64,000 bases of DNA from Macrostomum lignano (lineage: Eukaryota): the NCBI GenBank assembly GCA_002269645.1, contig NIVC01000800.1, forward strand, positions 248,001 through 312,000. Reading direction: 5' to 3'. Below, piece after piece: positions 51,096 through 64,000 of the stretch (within the stretch, counting starts at the first letter, position 1; each line of letters starts with the position of its first letter). Below the pieces are notes generated by a model. The model made no database searches. It saw nothing but the letters and a program-made list of their open reading frames with translations, and was not told where the DNA came from. Both the position numbers and the translations under genes were made by a program.

Positions 51096-51664
51096 ATCAA
51101 TTGAATCGGGCCATAAGGTTAATATTGTGCATCTGAGACCACATCATTTACGAACTAGCGCAGCATGGGTTCGAGTACGCAGTCGATGTTCCCCAGTAGC
51201 CAGTCAACTTCAATACGCCCGCTTGTACATGGCTTGACTGATGGGAAGAAACAGACCGGGAGACCAGGCCATAAAAAGAATTTCTCCAATGAGGCGGAAC
51301 AGCGCGGGGAATCAGTGAATCAGTGGGGGATCAAGGAGGCAAAAAATCCTCTCCAATATTATTAGGCTCCGAGGGAGCGCGGGGAAGAGGATGGAGAACG
51401 ATCGGTTCGCTGCCCACGGAACAAAGACCATTGGGAATGTAGCCACCGCCACAGTCTGTAATCAGGGATATGTGATCTGTGGAGGCCAGGGGCGGAGGCG
51501 ACAGGCACCCACCGCCGCAACAGGGTCCCCCCGTCCTTTGACGATCGGCAAATGATATCAAGTTCGATGGATTGTTAAATGTAGAGTCTTTATGAATTCG
51601 ATACGTAGGTGCCTTTTTTTAAATGTCAAATATTGAAACTATGGGTCACACACAGCACACACAG

Positions 51665-52300
51665 TTGGAATGGCGCCTCAATTACAGTTAAGATGGCACC
51701 TTAATCACAGCTGGAATGGCGCCTCAACAACACTTGAAATGGCGCCCCAATCACAGTTGGAATGGCGCCTCAATTACAGTTGAAATGGCGCCTCAATTAC
51801 AGTTGAAATGGCGCCTCAATTACAGTTAAGATGGCACCTTAATCACAGCTGGAATGGCGCCTCAACAACACTTGAAATGGCGCCCCAATCACAGTTGAAA
51901 TGGCGCCTCAATTACAGTTAAGATGGCGCCTTAATCACAGCTGGAATGGCGCCTCAACAACACTTGAAATGGCGCCCCAGTCACAGTTGAAATGGCGCCT
52001 CAATTACAGTTGAAATGGCGCCTCAATTACAGTTGAAATGGCGCCTCAATTACAGTTGAAATGGCGCCTCAATTGCAGTTAAAATGGCGCCTCAATCACA
52101 GTCAAAATGGCGCCTCAATCACAGTCAAAATGGCGCCTCAATCACAGTCAAAATGGCGCCTCAATTACAGTTGAAATGGCGCCTCAATGACAGTTAAAAT
52201 GGCGCCTCAATTACAGTTGAAATGGCGCCTCAATTACAGTTGAAATGGCGCCTCAATTACAGTTGAAATGGCGCCTCAATTACAGTTGAAATGGCGCCTA
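51665..52300. repeat. Minisatellite, 22-23-bp unit
   Basis: AATGGCGCCTCAATTACAGTTGA tandem copies. Confidence 0.95.
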
Positions 52301-53134
52301 ACCATGGAGGTGCAAAATGTTTTACGTCAAAAATGTGATGAAATCTTATACTGCCTGTATAATTTGGCCCACTAAAGTCAAGCATTACGCAATAAAATGT
52401 AGCAATAATATCACGACGAATTTCCACCGAAGCAAAACAAAGACCAGTCGGGGGTCAACAAAGACCCATTCTGACCCAAGCTGATTTTCTATCGTTCGGA
52501 AAAAACCGAAAACAAAATAATGGTGGGGAAAGTGAGAGCTGAAAAAATGTGAGGAAAGTTGAGAAGCATTCACACTTACTCAAGGCTTTTGCAGATATTT
52601 GACTGTATATTTGACACGATAGCCCACCAACCAATATCCCCTATTCATATTCTCTCCCACTTCAGACCATCTCCCCGGGATCCCCACCTCATTTCTTCAG
52701 CTCACGCTTGGCTAAGCTCTCACAGCCCCCAAGTGGGAGTTGGGAAATTTGGGAAGAAAGAGAGAAGCCGGGGGGGGAGGGGAAAAGGCAGAGAGGAACC
52801 CCCGTGGCTAGATCCAAGATTATCCCTCAGCATAGGCGTCTCTGTTCCCAGCTGTCTTACCTACACAACGTCAACTCTTTCATCCCACACAGTCAGATTC
52901 AAATCACCTTACAGGGAAGTTTGCCTCCCCCTGTGTTTACTGTGCGCCCGTCTGTATTCCCTAAATTCCCAACATTGCCTTTGACTCCCTCTGCTGGCTA
53001 AACTCCCACTAATCGATTCATCCAGATGCAAATTCTGCTTCCAGCATGACGATTTTAATGTAGTATACGAGCGTGTTATATAGAACATTTCAGGTTCGAT
53101 GATATTTAACGCTTGATGTGGGTAGCTTGGGTAG

Positions 53135-53460
<326 letters not shown>

Positions 53461-54019
53461 TTCTGTATTGTCAGCTGTCACTGTCAATACTCCAACCCCT
53501 TACCCCCTGCATATACAGACAGGTACGCACAGAGCAGTAGTTTAGATCATAAATTCTGATTATGTGCATCAGAATGACAGAATCCTAGTTTAATTCCCGA
53601 CCAAACAGGAACTGAATTCTAGTAACAGAGCGGGGCTACAGAATGCGGGTTGGAACAAAGCATAGGCCGCCCCTTTCCAACTCCCAAATATAGATAGTTC
53701 TTCTCCACCATGCAACCCAAACAGCCCGGGCATGCGTTTTTCCCACGGTCCATTCTAAACTCCCAACCAACAGCAACCACTTCACTTAACACTGGCTCGG
53801 TGGCTCCTATGCGCGGTGAGAAGCGGAGATCTTTGTGCAACAAAAACTGCGACTGGATAAAGGAATTAAATTTGGTTAAATGGGTGGCGTGGCTGTTTAG
53901 CGTTTCGCAAACTGATCCCACCAACTCCCCACTTGATCCCATATTCTCCACCCCGAGTTACTTTCAATCCTTCCAATTGGCAACTATTTGCAAATTAAAA
54001 AAATGAGGCCCTTCCAAGA

Positions 54020-54808
54020 CATGACAGCAGAGTGAGAGGACAAGACAGCAGAGTGAGAGGACAAGAAAGTAGAGTGAGAGGACAAGACAGCAGAGTAAGG
54101 AGATGAGACAGCAGAGTGAGGAGATGAGACAGCAGAGTGAGGAGATGAGACAGCAGAGTGAGGAGATGAGACAGCAGAGTGAGGAGATGAGACAGCAGAG
54201 TGAGGAGATGAGACAGCAGAGTGAGGAGATGAGACAGCAGAGTGAGGAGATGAGACAGCAGAGTGAGGAGATGAGACAGCAGAGTGAGAGGACAAGACAG
54301 CAGAGTGAGGGGACAAGACAGCAGAGTGAGAGGACAAGACAGCAGAGTGAGAGGACAAGACAGCAGAGTGAGAGGACAAGACAGCAGAGTGAGAGGACAA
54401 GACAGCAGAGTGAGAGGACAAGACAGCAGAGTGAGGGGACAAGACAGCAGAGTGAGAGGACAAGACAGCAGAGTGAGGAGATGAGACAGCAGAGTGAGGA
54501 GATGAGACAGTAGAGTGAGAGGACAAGACAGCAGAGTGAGAGGACAAGACAGCAGAGTGAGAGGACAAGACAGCAGAGTGAGGAGATGAGACAGCAGAGT
54601 GAGGAGATGAGACAGCAGAGTGAGAGGACAAGACAGCAGAGTGAGAGGACAAGACAGCAGAGTGAGGAGATGAGAAAGCAGAGTGAGGAGATGAGACAGC
54701 AGAGTGAGGAGATGAGACAGCAGAGTGAGAGGACAAGACAGCAGAGTGAGAGGACAAGACAGCAGAGTGAGAGGACAAGACAGCAGAGTGAGAGGACAAG
54801 ACAGCAGC
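54020..54808. repeat. Minisatellite, 21-bp unit, two variants
   Basis: AGACAGCAGAGTGAGAGGACA and AGACAGCAGAGTGAGGAGATG. Confidence 0.95.
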
Positions 54809-55234
54809 GTGTGCAAATAATGCCTTTCTCTGTTTGCTTTTATCGAGTTCAATTTCGGAACTGAAGCAAAATTCAGCAATTTCTGTTACAATAACACGTT
54901 CGATAAAGCCGTGGCCTCAGAAACACTATTCAGCTAAAAATAAATTAGGCCTCAGCTCTCTGTCTCGGCGGTTTGCGACAAAATCGGCAAAAATGCTACA
55001 GTTTGCGAACCCAAGCCTCGCTTCCACCCACCACTCTCTCCTGCTACTCCCTGTGCGTTTCCGCGGCTTCACCAATTTGCCAGCAATAGCATGGCCGGCC
55101 GAGCAGAGTTCTGCAGCCGAATTTGGGAGCGTGCATTGAGAGCGAGCGTGCATGAGCGTGCAAATGTATGGGTCGGGTTGCCCGCTGTCTGCTACAGACA
55201 GAGCTTTCTGTTGTGGATTTTTTCCCTCAATTGT

Positions 55235-57110
55235 CTCTCCCTGTCTCTCCCCTGCCTCTCCCTGTCTCTCCCTGTCTCTCCCTGTCTCTCCCCTGTCTCT
55301 CCCTGTCTTTCCCTGTCTCTCCCCTGTCTCTCCTCTGTCTCTCCTCTGTCTCTCCTTGTCTCTCCCTGTCTCTCCTCTGTCTCTCCTTGTCTCTCCCCTG
55401 TCTCTCCCTGTCTCTCCCCTGCCTCTCCCTGTCTCTCCCTGTCTCTCCCCTGTCTCTCCCTGTCTTTCCCTGTCTCTCCCCTGTCTCTCCCTGTCTCTCC
55501 CCTGCCTCTCTCTGTCTCTCCCTGTCTCTCCCTGTCTCTCCCCTGCCTCTCCCTGTCTCTCCCCTGCCTCTCCCTGTCTCTCCCTGTCTCTCCCCTGTCT
55601 CTCCCCTGTCTCTCCCTGTCTCTCCCCTGCCTCTCCCTGTCTCTCCTCTGTCTCTCCTTGTCTCTCCCTGTCTCTCCTCTGTCTCTCCTTGTCTCTCCCC
55701 TGTCTCTCCCTGTCTCTCCCTGCCTCTCCCTGTCTCTCCCTGTCTCTCCCCTGTCTCTCCCTGTCTTTCCCTGTCTCTCCCCTGTCTCTCCCTGTCTCTC
55801 CTCCTGCCTCTCTCTGTCTCTCCCTGTCTCTCCCTGTCTCTCCCCTGCCTCTCCCTGTCTCTCCCCTGCCTCTCCCTGTCTCTCCCTGTCTCTCCCCTGT
55901 CTCTCCCTGTCTTTCCCTGTCTCTCCCCTGTCTCTCCCTGTCTCTCCCCTGCCTCTCTCTGTCTCTCCCTGTCTCTCCCTGTCTCTCCCCTGCCTCTCCC
56001 TGTCTCTCCCCTGCCTCTCCCTGTCTCTCCCTGTCTCTCCCCTGTCTCTCCCCTGTCTCTCCCTGTCTCTCCCCTGCCTCTCCCTGTCTCTCCTCTGTCT
56101 CTCCTTGTCTCTCCCCTGTCTCTCCTCTGTCTCTCCTTGTCTCTCCCCTGTCTCTCCCTGTCTCTCCCCTGCCTCTCCCTGTCTCTCCCTGTCTCTCCCC
56201 TGTCTCTCCCTGTCTTTCCCTGTCTCTCCCCTGTCTCTCCCTGTCTCTCCCCTGCCTCTCTCTGTCTCTCCCTGTCTCTCCCTGTCTCTCCCCTGCCTCT
56301 CCCTGTCTCTCCCCTGCCTCTCCCTGTCTCTCCCTGTCTCTCCCCTGTCTCTCCCCTGTCTCTCCCTGTCTCTCCCCTGCCTCTCCCTGTCTCTCCTCTG
56401 TCTCTCCTTGTCTCTCCCCTGTCTCTCCTCTGTCTCTCCTTGTCTCTCCCCTGTCTCTCCCTGTCTCTCCCCTGCCTCTCCCTGTCTCTCCCTGTCTCTC
56501 CCCTGTCTCTCCTTGTCTCTCCCCTGTCTCTCCCTGTCTTTCCCTGTCTCTCGCCTGTCTCTCCCTGTCTCTCCCCTGCCTCTCCCTGTCTCTCCCTGTC
56601 TCTCCCTGTCTCTCCTCTGTCTCTCCTTGTCTCTCCTCTGTCTCTCCCCTGCCTCTCCCTGTCTCTCCCTGTCTCTCCCTGTCTCTCCCCTGCCTCTCCC
56701 TGTCTCTCCCTGTCTCTCCCTGTCTCTCCCCTGTCTCTCCCCTGTCTCTGCTCTGTCTCTCCTCTGTCTCTCCCCTGTCTCTCCCTGTCTCTCCTCTGTC
56801 TCTCCTTGTCTCTCCCCTGTCTCTCCTCTGTCTCTCCTTGTCTCTCCCCTGTCTCTCCCTGTCTTTCCCTGTCTCTGTCTCTCCCTGTCTCTCCCTGCCT
56901 CTCCCTGTCTCTCCCTGTCTCTCCCTGTCTCTCCCTGTCTCTCCCCTGTCTCTCCTGTCTCTCCCTGTCTCTCCCCTGTCTCTCCCTGTCTCTCCCTGTC
57001 TCTCCCTGTCTCTCTGTCTCTCCTGTCTCTCCCCTGTCTCTCCCTGTCTCTCCCTGCCTCTCCCTGTCTCTCCCTGTCTCTCCCCTGTCTCTCCCTGTCT
57101 CTCCCCCCTT
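55235..57110. repeat. ~1.9-kb minisatellite, 11-12-bp unit
   Basis: CTGTCTCTCCC(C) with CTGCCTCTCCC variants; stop-free in all six frames. Confidence 0.97.
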
Positions 57111-57216
57111 CTTTCTCCCAATCGGCATTATCTAAAATAATTATTGTCACATGACAGTCTTAAATCGCATCAGAATCTTAGCTGCCTTATTAAGAACCCC
57201 CAAGGCAGACTGCATG

Positions 57217-57217
<1 letters not shown>

Positions 57218-57279
<62 letters not shown>
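57218..57279. repeat. (GA)n microsatellite
   Basis: Direct observation. Confidence 0.97.
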
Positions 57280-57280
<1 letters not shown>

Positions 57281-57539
57281 CCAGAAGCTCAGTTGCCAAG
57301 CGCCAAGCTCCATTCCGAATGAACTGTGGCGGTTTGCAGTCGTAAAACGGAAATGCGGGTTTGAAATTAGGATTGGGGAAACCGGATGACAAAAAAATCA
57401 ATAAATCAGTGGGCTGGGCTTGCCCGGAGACCGCACGTAGGTGATAGTAGGGCTGAAGACTGTTCTGCGCAATCTGCTCCCCATCTATCCTGTCCCTAAT
57501 CCTTATCGTAGGATTTTTCACGGGAGGCTGTATCATCAG

Positions 57540-57830
57540 AAGGGGCGCCGTTTTCATTTGAGGGGCGCCGTTTTCATTTGAGGGGCGCCGTTTTTATTTG
57601 AGGGGCGCCGTTTTCATTTGAGGGGCGCCGTTTTCATTTGAGGGGGCTTTAGCACCAGGGGCTTTAGCACCAGGGGCTTTAGCACCAGGGGCTTTAGCAC
57701 CAGGGGCTTTAGCACCAGGGGCTTTAGCACCAGAGGCTTTAGCACCAGAGGCTTTAGCACCAGGGACTTTAGCACCAGGGGCTTTAGCACCAGGGGCTTT
57801 AGCACCAGGGACTTTTGCACCAGGGGCGCT
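57540..57830. repeat. Two abutting arrays: 20-bp GAGGGGCGCCGTTTTCATTT x5, then 15-bp GGCTTTAGCACCAGG x~12
   Basis: Direct observation; the second unit resembles the reverse complement of the 23761 unit. Confidence 0.93.
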
Positions 57831-58458
57831 AGGAAACTCCATATAATTTACCATTCGTCAATGCCCCCCGACCCCTCTCGCCCGCAACCCGCGTCAGGTA
57901 AAACAATTATATTAATGTTCCTGTTAGAATGACGTCATTTATTTGTTTATTTTGGCTCTCCAGTTGCGAGTTTCGCCTTGTTCACTCACTATACTAAGTC
58001 TGTGTGTCTTCTCCTAGAGGCAAAAGAAGGCAAAGACAGCAGATCAGTGGGGAGGGGGTCCTCAAGGGCGGTTGCGTGCGTGTCTGCAAGCTGGGACAAA
58101 GACACTGGGAGAAACCGACACCCCCTGCCTGCCTCAAGTCTGCCAGCGTTTCCTTTCCTTCGGCTGCCCGGCCGCGCAGTTAATGGCCGGGGGGGGGGTC
58201 GGTGGGGGGTTGCTTAGCGGGCTGATTTGGAAACAAATCGAGTAGAAGGGATGCGATAGTGAGGGATTCCAACTCACTCACTTCCCGCTCTCTAGGCAGT
58301 CGCATAGCTTTAACAATAATCAGATGAGGAGACGGCGGAGCTGAATTATTAATTTGATGGAGGGCTCGGGGAGTGCGGGTCTAATCAGTGCTATGCTGTC
58401 TCTGGGATGTAGCGCTCTGAGTAGCTCGTATAATCAGTTGATCCCTACTGATCTGCTG

Positions 58459-59830
<1,372 letters not shown>

Positions 59831-60139
59831 TACAAAGCCCAGAGGCCACTCACTTCATTTTTAAAAGCTGGAATCCATTCGGAACCGAAGGACCCTTGTA
59901 ACCACTTGAATGAAAGGGGATCTACTTAATAGGAGAATGTGGCATCTGCTCTATCGATCCTGATGAGCACCTCAGCCCAGCACTCAGCTGGAGGCTCTGC
60001 CGTCCTTGTTGGCCTTCGTCGACATGAAACTGTTGGAACATTTTCTGGCGAATCTTCAAGTTGATCTTTGCATTGTGTGTGAAACGTTGCTGACCTCTTT
60101 AATTTTCCATACATAATTATCTCAATTTATCTACAGTCT

Positions 60140-60855
60140 CCATTCGTTCACCCGGAGTCTCCCATTCTCTCCCTCAGTCTCCCAATCTCACTCTCAGTTT
60201 CCCGTTCTCCCCTCAGTCTCCCAATCTCACCCTCAGTCTGCCATTCTCACCCTCACTCTCCCAATCTCACCCTCAATCTCCCAATCTCACTTTCAGTCTC
60301 CCAATCTCGCCCTCGTCTCCCATTCTCACCCTCAGTCTCCCATTCTCACCCTCAGTCTCCCAATCTCACCTTCAGTCTCCCAATCTCACCTTCAGTCTCC
60401 CAATCTCACTTTCAGTCTCTCAATCTCAATTTCAGTCTCCCAATCTCACCTTCAGTCTCTCAGTCTCACCCTCAGTCTTCTTATCTCGCCCTCAGTCTCC
60501 CATTCTCACCCTCAGTCTCCCATTCTCACCCTCAGTCTCTTAATCTCACCTTCAGTCTCCCAATCTCACCTTCGGTCTCCCAGTCTCACCCTCAGTCTCC
60601 CAATCTCACCCTCAGTCTCCCAATCTCCCTTCAGTCTCCCAATCTCACCCTCAGTCTCCCAATCTCCCTTCAGTCTCCCAATCTCACCCTCAGTCTCCCA
60701 ATCTCCCTTCAGTCTCCCAATCTCACCCTCAGTCTCCCAATCTCCCTTCAGTCTCCCAATCTCCCTTCAGTCTCCCAATCTCCCTTCAGTTTCCCAATCT
60801 CACCCTCAGTCTCCCAATCTCCCTTCAGTCTCCCAATCTCACCCTCAGTCTCCCT
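60140..60855 (+). repeat. 20-bp CAGTCTCCCAATCTCACCCT array (left arm)
   Basis: Reverse complement of the 61570-62170 array. Confidence 0.93.
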
Positions 60856-61569
60856 GTCTCAGCTTCAGGTCATTCTTTACTCGAATCCCCAGGATGATGC
60901 TGTTTTGCAATAAAGGCCCCCCAGAGCACCCAAATTATTTCTCAGAGCTGACAAACAGCTTAGAAATGGATAATTTTCCAACGATTTCCCTGCATCAGAG
61001 AATTTGCCGCTCAATCTTTACCAGTATTTCTCTTTTTTCTCTCGCGCAATCTTTGAAAATCAAGCAAAATCGGCAGAAGCAGAGAAAAGCAATTAAAATG
61101 ATTTCTGTACCAATGTTCGGTCTGGGAATGACTCATTCTGTTCCATTTGCCGGGGGGAATCCACAAAGCATAGCCCCATCCAGAGGACCCTTCAGAATCA
61201 CGCATGACTGTTCCGGACTAATTTGATTGGCTGACAAGCTCTAGACCAATGGTGAGGCGGCTAGCTATCAGTTGGCTGTAAAATGAGATTTCAAATCTCA
61301 TAAAAACTGAAGTTTCAAATAACTGCAGGGTTTTAGTCTCTACTGTCAGTAGGCGATGAATTCATGTAAATTTCATGACTGCGAATGAGAAATTGTATAA
61401 AATGTTGGGGGAAATGGCACGGACAGAAGTTTATGACGTCCGAGAACTAGAGCGAAACGAATCCATAATTTCTTTATTTATGGAGTCTTTGGGAAGCCAA
61501 GCAGGTTTGTCACGTGTTGTTCATGTGAGAGTTAGAGAAACTGGCCCTGTCTAAAGAACCTCGATGGCA

Positions 61570-62170
61570 TTTGGGAGACTGAGGGTGAGCTGCGGTGAGA
61601 TTGGGACACTGAAGGTGAGAGGAGACCGAGCTGAGATTTCGGAGGGTGAGATTGGGAGACTGAGGGTGAGAATGGGAGACTGAGGGTGAGATTGGGAGAC
61701 TGAGATGAGAATGGGAGACCGAGAGAGAGATTGGGAGGCTGAGGGTGAGATTGGGAGGCTGAGGGTGAGATTGAGAGACTGAGGGTGAGATTGGGAGATT
61801 GAGGGTGAAAGTGGGAGACTGAGGGTGAGACTGGGAGACTGAGGGTGAGATTGGGAGACTAAGGGTGAGATTTGGAGACTGAAGGTGAGACTTGGAGACT
61901 GAGGGGGGTGAAATTGGGAGACTGAGAGTGAGAATGGGAGACTGAGAGAAAGATTGGGAGGCTGATGGTGAGATTGGGAGGCTGAGGGTGAGATTGGGAG
62001 GCTGAGGGTGAGATTGAGAGATTGAGGGTGAGATTGGGAGACTGAGGGTGAGACTGGGAGACTAAGGGTGAGACTGGGAGACTGACGGTCAGGTTGGGAG
62101 ACCGAGAGAGAGATTGGGAGGCTGAGGGTGAGATTGGGAGACTAAGGCTGAGATTGGAAGGCTGAGTGTG
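61570..62170 (-). repeat. 20-bp GAGGGTGAGATTGGGAGACT array (right arm)
   Basis: Same unit as 60140-60855, in the opposite orientation. Confidence 0.93.
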
Positions 62171-62923
62171 ATTCAGTAGGAAAGGATGAAGAGAGCAAGA
62201 TGTACTTTAGCGCAGGTAAACTGAGGGAAGGCACACAGATTTATCCCAGATGTATCGGCGAGGCTGCCACAGCAGACACGGGAATGCCATCATTTTACTT
62301 GCTTGCTGATTAATTAAAGTAGGTTGCGCTGTGCAAAGCTGCTTAATTGGTACAAGTTTTGCGTTTTGGGTTTTGCACCACAGCAGTTGGGATTTGGGCG
62401 GCCAAGTTGCTTCTCAGTCCCTTTCCTCTCTCTTCCCATTCTCCCTGCCCCATGGTTGAGTGCTCCGCTTAGCAAATACCGATATTTGTAGGGCGAGAGG
62501 CAGGACCGTACAGTGAAGTAGTGCGGTACGCGTAGCCTCAGCTTTTATGCTTGATTTTTGGCCTATCACTGTGCATGCGTTGGCATTGAGCGATCGGGGG
62601 CGCAAAGCAGGGCGCAAAGCAGAGGAGTTCGGCGCGTTGGTGACACCAGAGACCACCCACACCCACCCAGGCTGAGTGGCGAGACGAGAGAGAAAAAAGT
62701 TTCCTATAGTGTTTCCTTTCTATGCATGCGTGACTGTGGCCTGCTCATGGACTGCTGGGATCTAGTATCTGGGCGGAGGGCTTTCGATATTGTTGTAGAA
62801 TTATTGGAGATTATTGCTTAACTGCCATGGGGGATCCAGCAAACCAGCGAAGGGTCAGTTGCCCTCCCTCACTAGTGAAATGAGGAGTCATGTTTCTTGG
62901 CGAGTCTTGCCTGTGGATAGATG

Positions 62924-62924
<1 letters not shown>

Positions 62925-63005
<81 letters not shown>
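62925..63005. repeat. (GATA)n microsatellite
   Basis: Direct observation. Confidence 0.97.
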
Positions 63006-63006
<1 letters not shown>

Positions 63007-63478
63007 TCGCTAGCATGGGGTCAACTTGCTTTCCATTCCAGTCAGTCCCAGTGCTGTGTTCAGTAGTCCATGGTCTTCCCCGACTGTACGCGTACTGCCA
63101 AATGCGCAGGAACTTTCACCCTCCTACCCAGCCAGCCACTTACCGAGTGCCGCACCGCCCTCCACCAGCACAGGCGAAGTGTGGCTTGGCCACAACCCCC
63201 CCCCCCCAATCGTCTGCAGTTTTTGTCTTCTGCATGCCAGCCAGTCCGGCTCCCTCTGACCCACCAGAAACTGTCCAATCTCCCATCCAGCATCCAGGCT
63301 TCATCAGCGTTCAGTTGTGCATCAGCCCAGACCTTTTATTAGTCCTAGACCGAACCTTCCGTAACCTTTTTTACATTCACCTTACTGGCGCGGTGATTAA
63401 CTGGGCTTTTCTGCTTTTAACTTGATCTGCTTAACTCTTTTGTATTGCCGTCGATTAACGATTTGCGCATTGGTTTCC

Positions 63479-63754
63479 ATGGCAACTAACGAATTGGACA
63501 GCATACTGGACAGTCTGCACGCCCTGCAGCTGGACTTGGACAAGTGTCTGCGCGAGGAGAATCGCGAGGCGAAACGGAAGCCAGAGGAAGAGCCGCCGCC
63601 ACCACCGCCGCCGCAGCAAAAGCAACAACAGCAGCAGCAACAACAATGTCTAGAAGCTTTGCTGGAGATGGACGAGAGTCGAGACGATTTTCCGCCGCCT
63701 CCGCCACCTGAAGAGGCAAGCAGCTGCGACCAGAACTGCCTTCGTGCAGCATGA
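63479..63754 (+). CDS. N-terminus of a probable cytoskeletal adaptor (LD-like helix, poly-Pro and an FPPPP Ena/VASP-EVH1 ligand; MRL/RIAM-, zyxin- or paxillin-like)
   Basis: MATNELDSILDSLHALQLDLDKCLREE...PPPPPPP...LEALLEMDESRDDFPPPPPPEE; coding-like GC3 and CAG runs; ccATGG context. The frame ends at TGA 63752-63754 just as the 24-bp repeat begins. Confidence 0.6.
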   Translation: MATNELDSILDSLHALQLDLDKCLREENREAKRKPEEEPPPPPPPQQKQQQQQQQQCLEALLEMDESRDDFPPPPPPEEASSCDQNCLRAA

Positions 63755-64000
63755 CCAGAAAATTCTTAGAAAGCAGGACCAGAGAATCCTAAGGTCTCAT
63801 GACCAGAGAAACCCAAGGTCACATGACCAGAGAAACCCAGGGTCACATGACCAGAGAACCCCAAGGTCACATGACCAGAGAATCCCAAGGTCTCATGACC
63901 AGAGAATCCCAAGGTCACATGACCAGAGAATCCCAAGGTCACATGACCAGGGAAACCCAGAGCAACCCAATGTCACATAACCAGAGAATCCCAAGGTCTC
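63750..64000 (+). repeat. 24-bp repeat reading HDQR(I/N)PRS in one frame
   Basis: CATGACCAGAGAATCCCAAGGTCA units running off the window end. Confidence 0.92.

Noticed and set aside
53710-54006. 98-aa ORF with ccaccATG context
   Set aside because: No recognisable domain or splice partners; length is compatible with chance.
54926-57154. Six overlapping 630-730 aa ORFs
   Set aside because: They are translations of an 11-bp CTGTCTCTCCC repeat lacking stops in all frames; no coding signal.
60894-61226. 110-aa ORF in the core between inverted arrays as a transposase
   Set aside because: No DDE, HTH or BED-finger features.

Overview
This is repeat-rich eukaryotic (animal) genomic DNA, not prokaryotic. 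GC-rich, Gln/Ala/Pro-rich exons with GT-AG introns sit among more than 40 micro- and minisatellite arrays, which cover very roughly 35-40% of the window. That style resembles a flatworm such as Macrostomum lignano (inference, not verified). Supported genes, all on the + strand: (1) the last two exons of an SH3-terminated adaptor gene (303-596, 1064-1303); (2) two diverged tandem paralogs of the brakeless/scribbler - ZNF608/ZNF609 co-repressor family. Copy A is 8490-8807, 12540-12684, 16468-~17459/17506, with a 1-nt frameshift in a C-run and a possible last exon. Copy B is 45765-46163 plus 46855-48807, intact, about 783 aa; (3) the start of a gene with an LD-like helix and an FPPPP motif at 63479. 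Also present are a complete hAT-type MITE with an 8-bp TSD, a tRNA-Ser-derived remnant next to a 4-kb minisatellite, and a candidate two-exon minus-strand orphan gene. The most unusual signals are: a regularly spaced palindromic 16-bp core conserved while its spacers diverged (1438-1743); intronic minisatellites built from splice signals (about 22 copies of the exon's own donor, multimerised branch-point motifs, a 1-kb pyrimidine tract); a 50-nt identical tract between otherwise diverged paralogs; and inverted, nested minisatellite pairs. Almost all long ORFs in the supplied track are translations of repeats.
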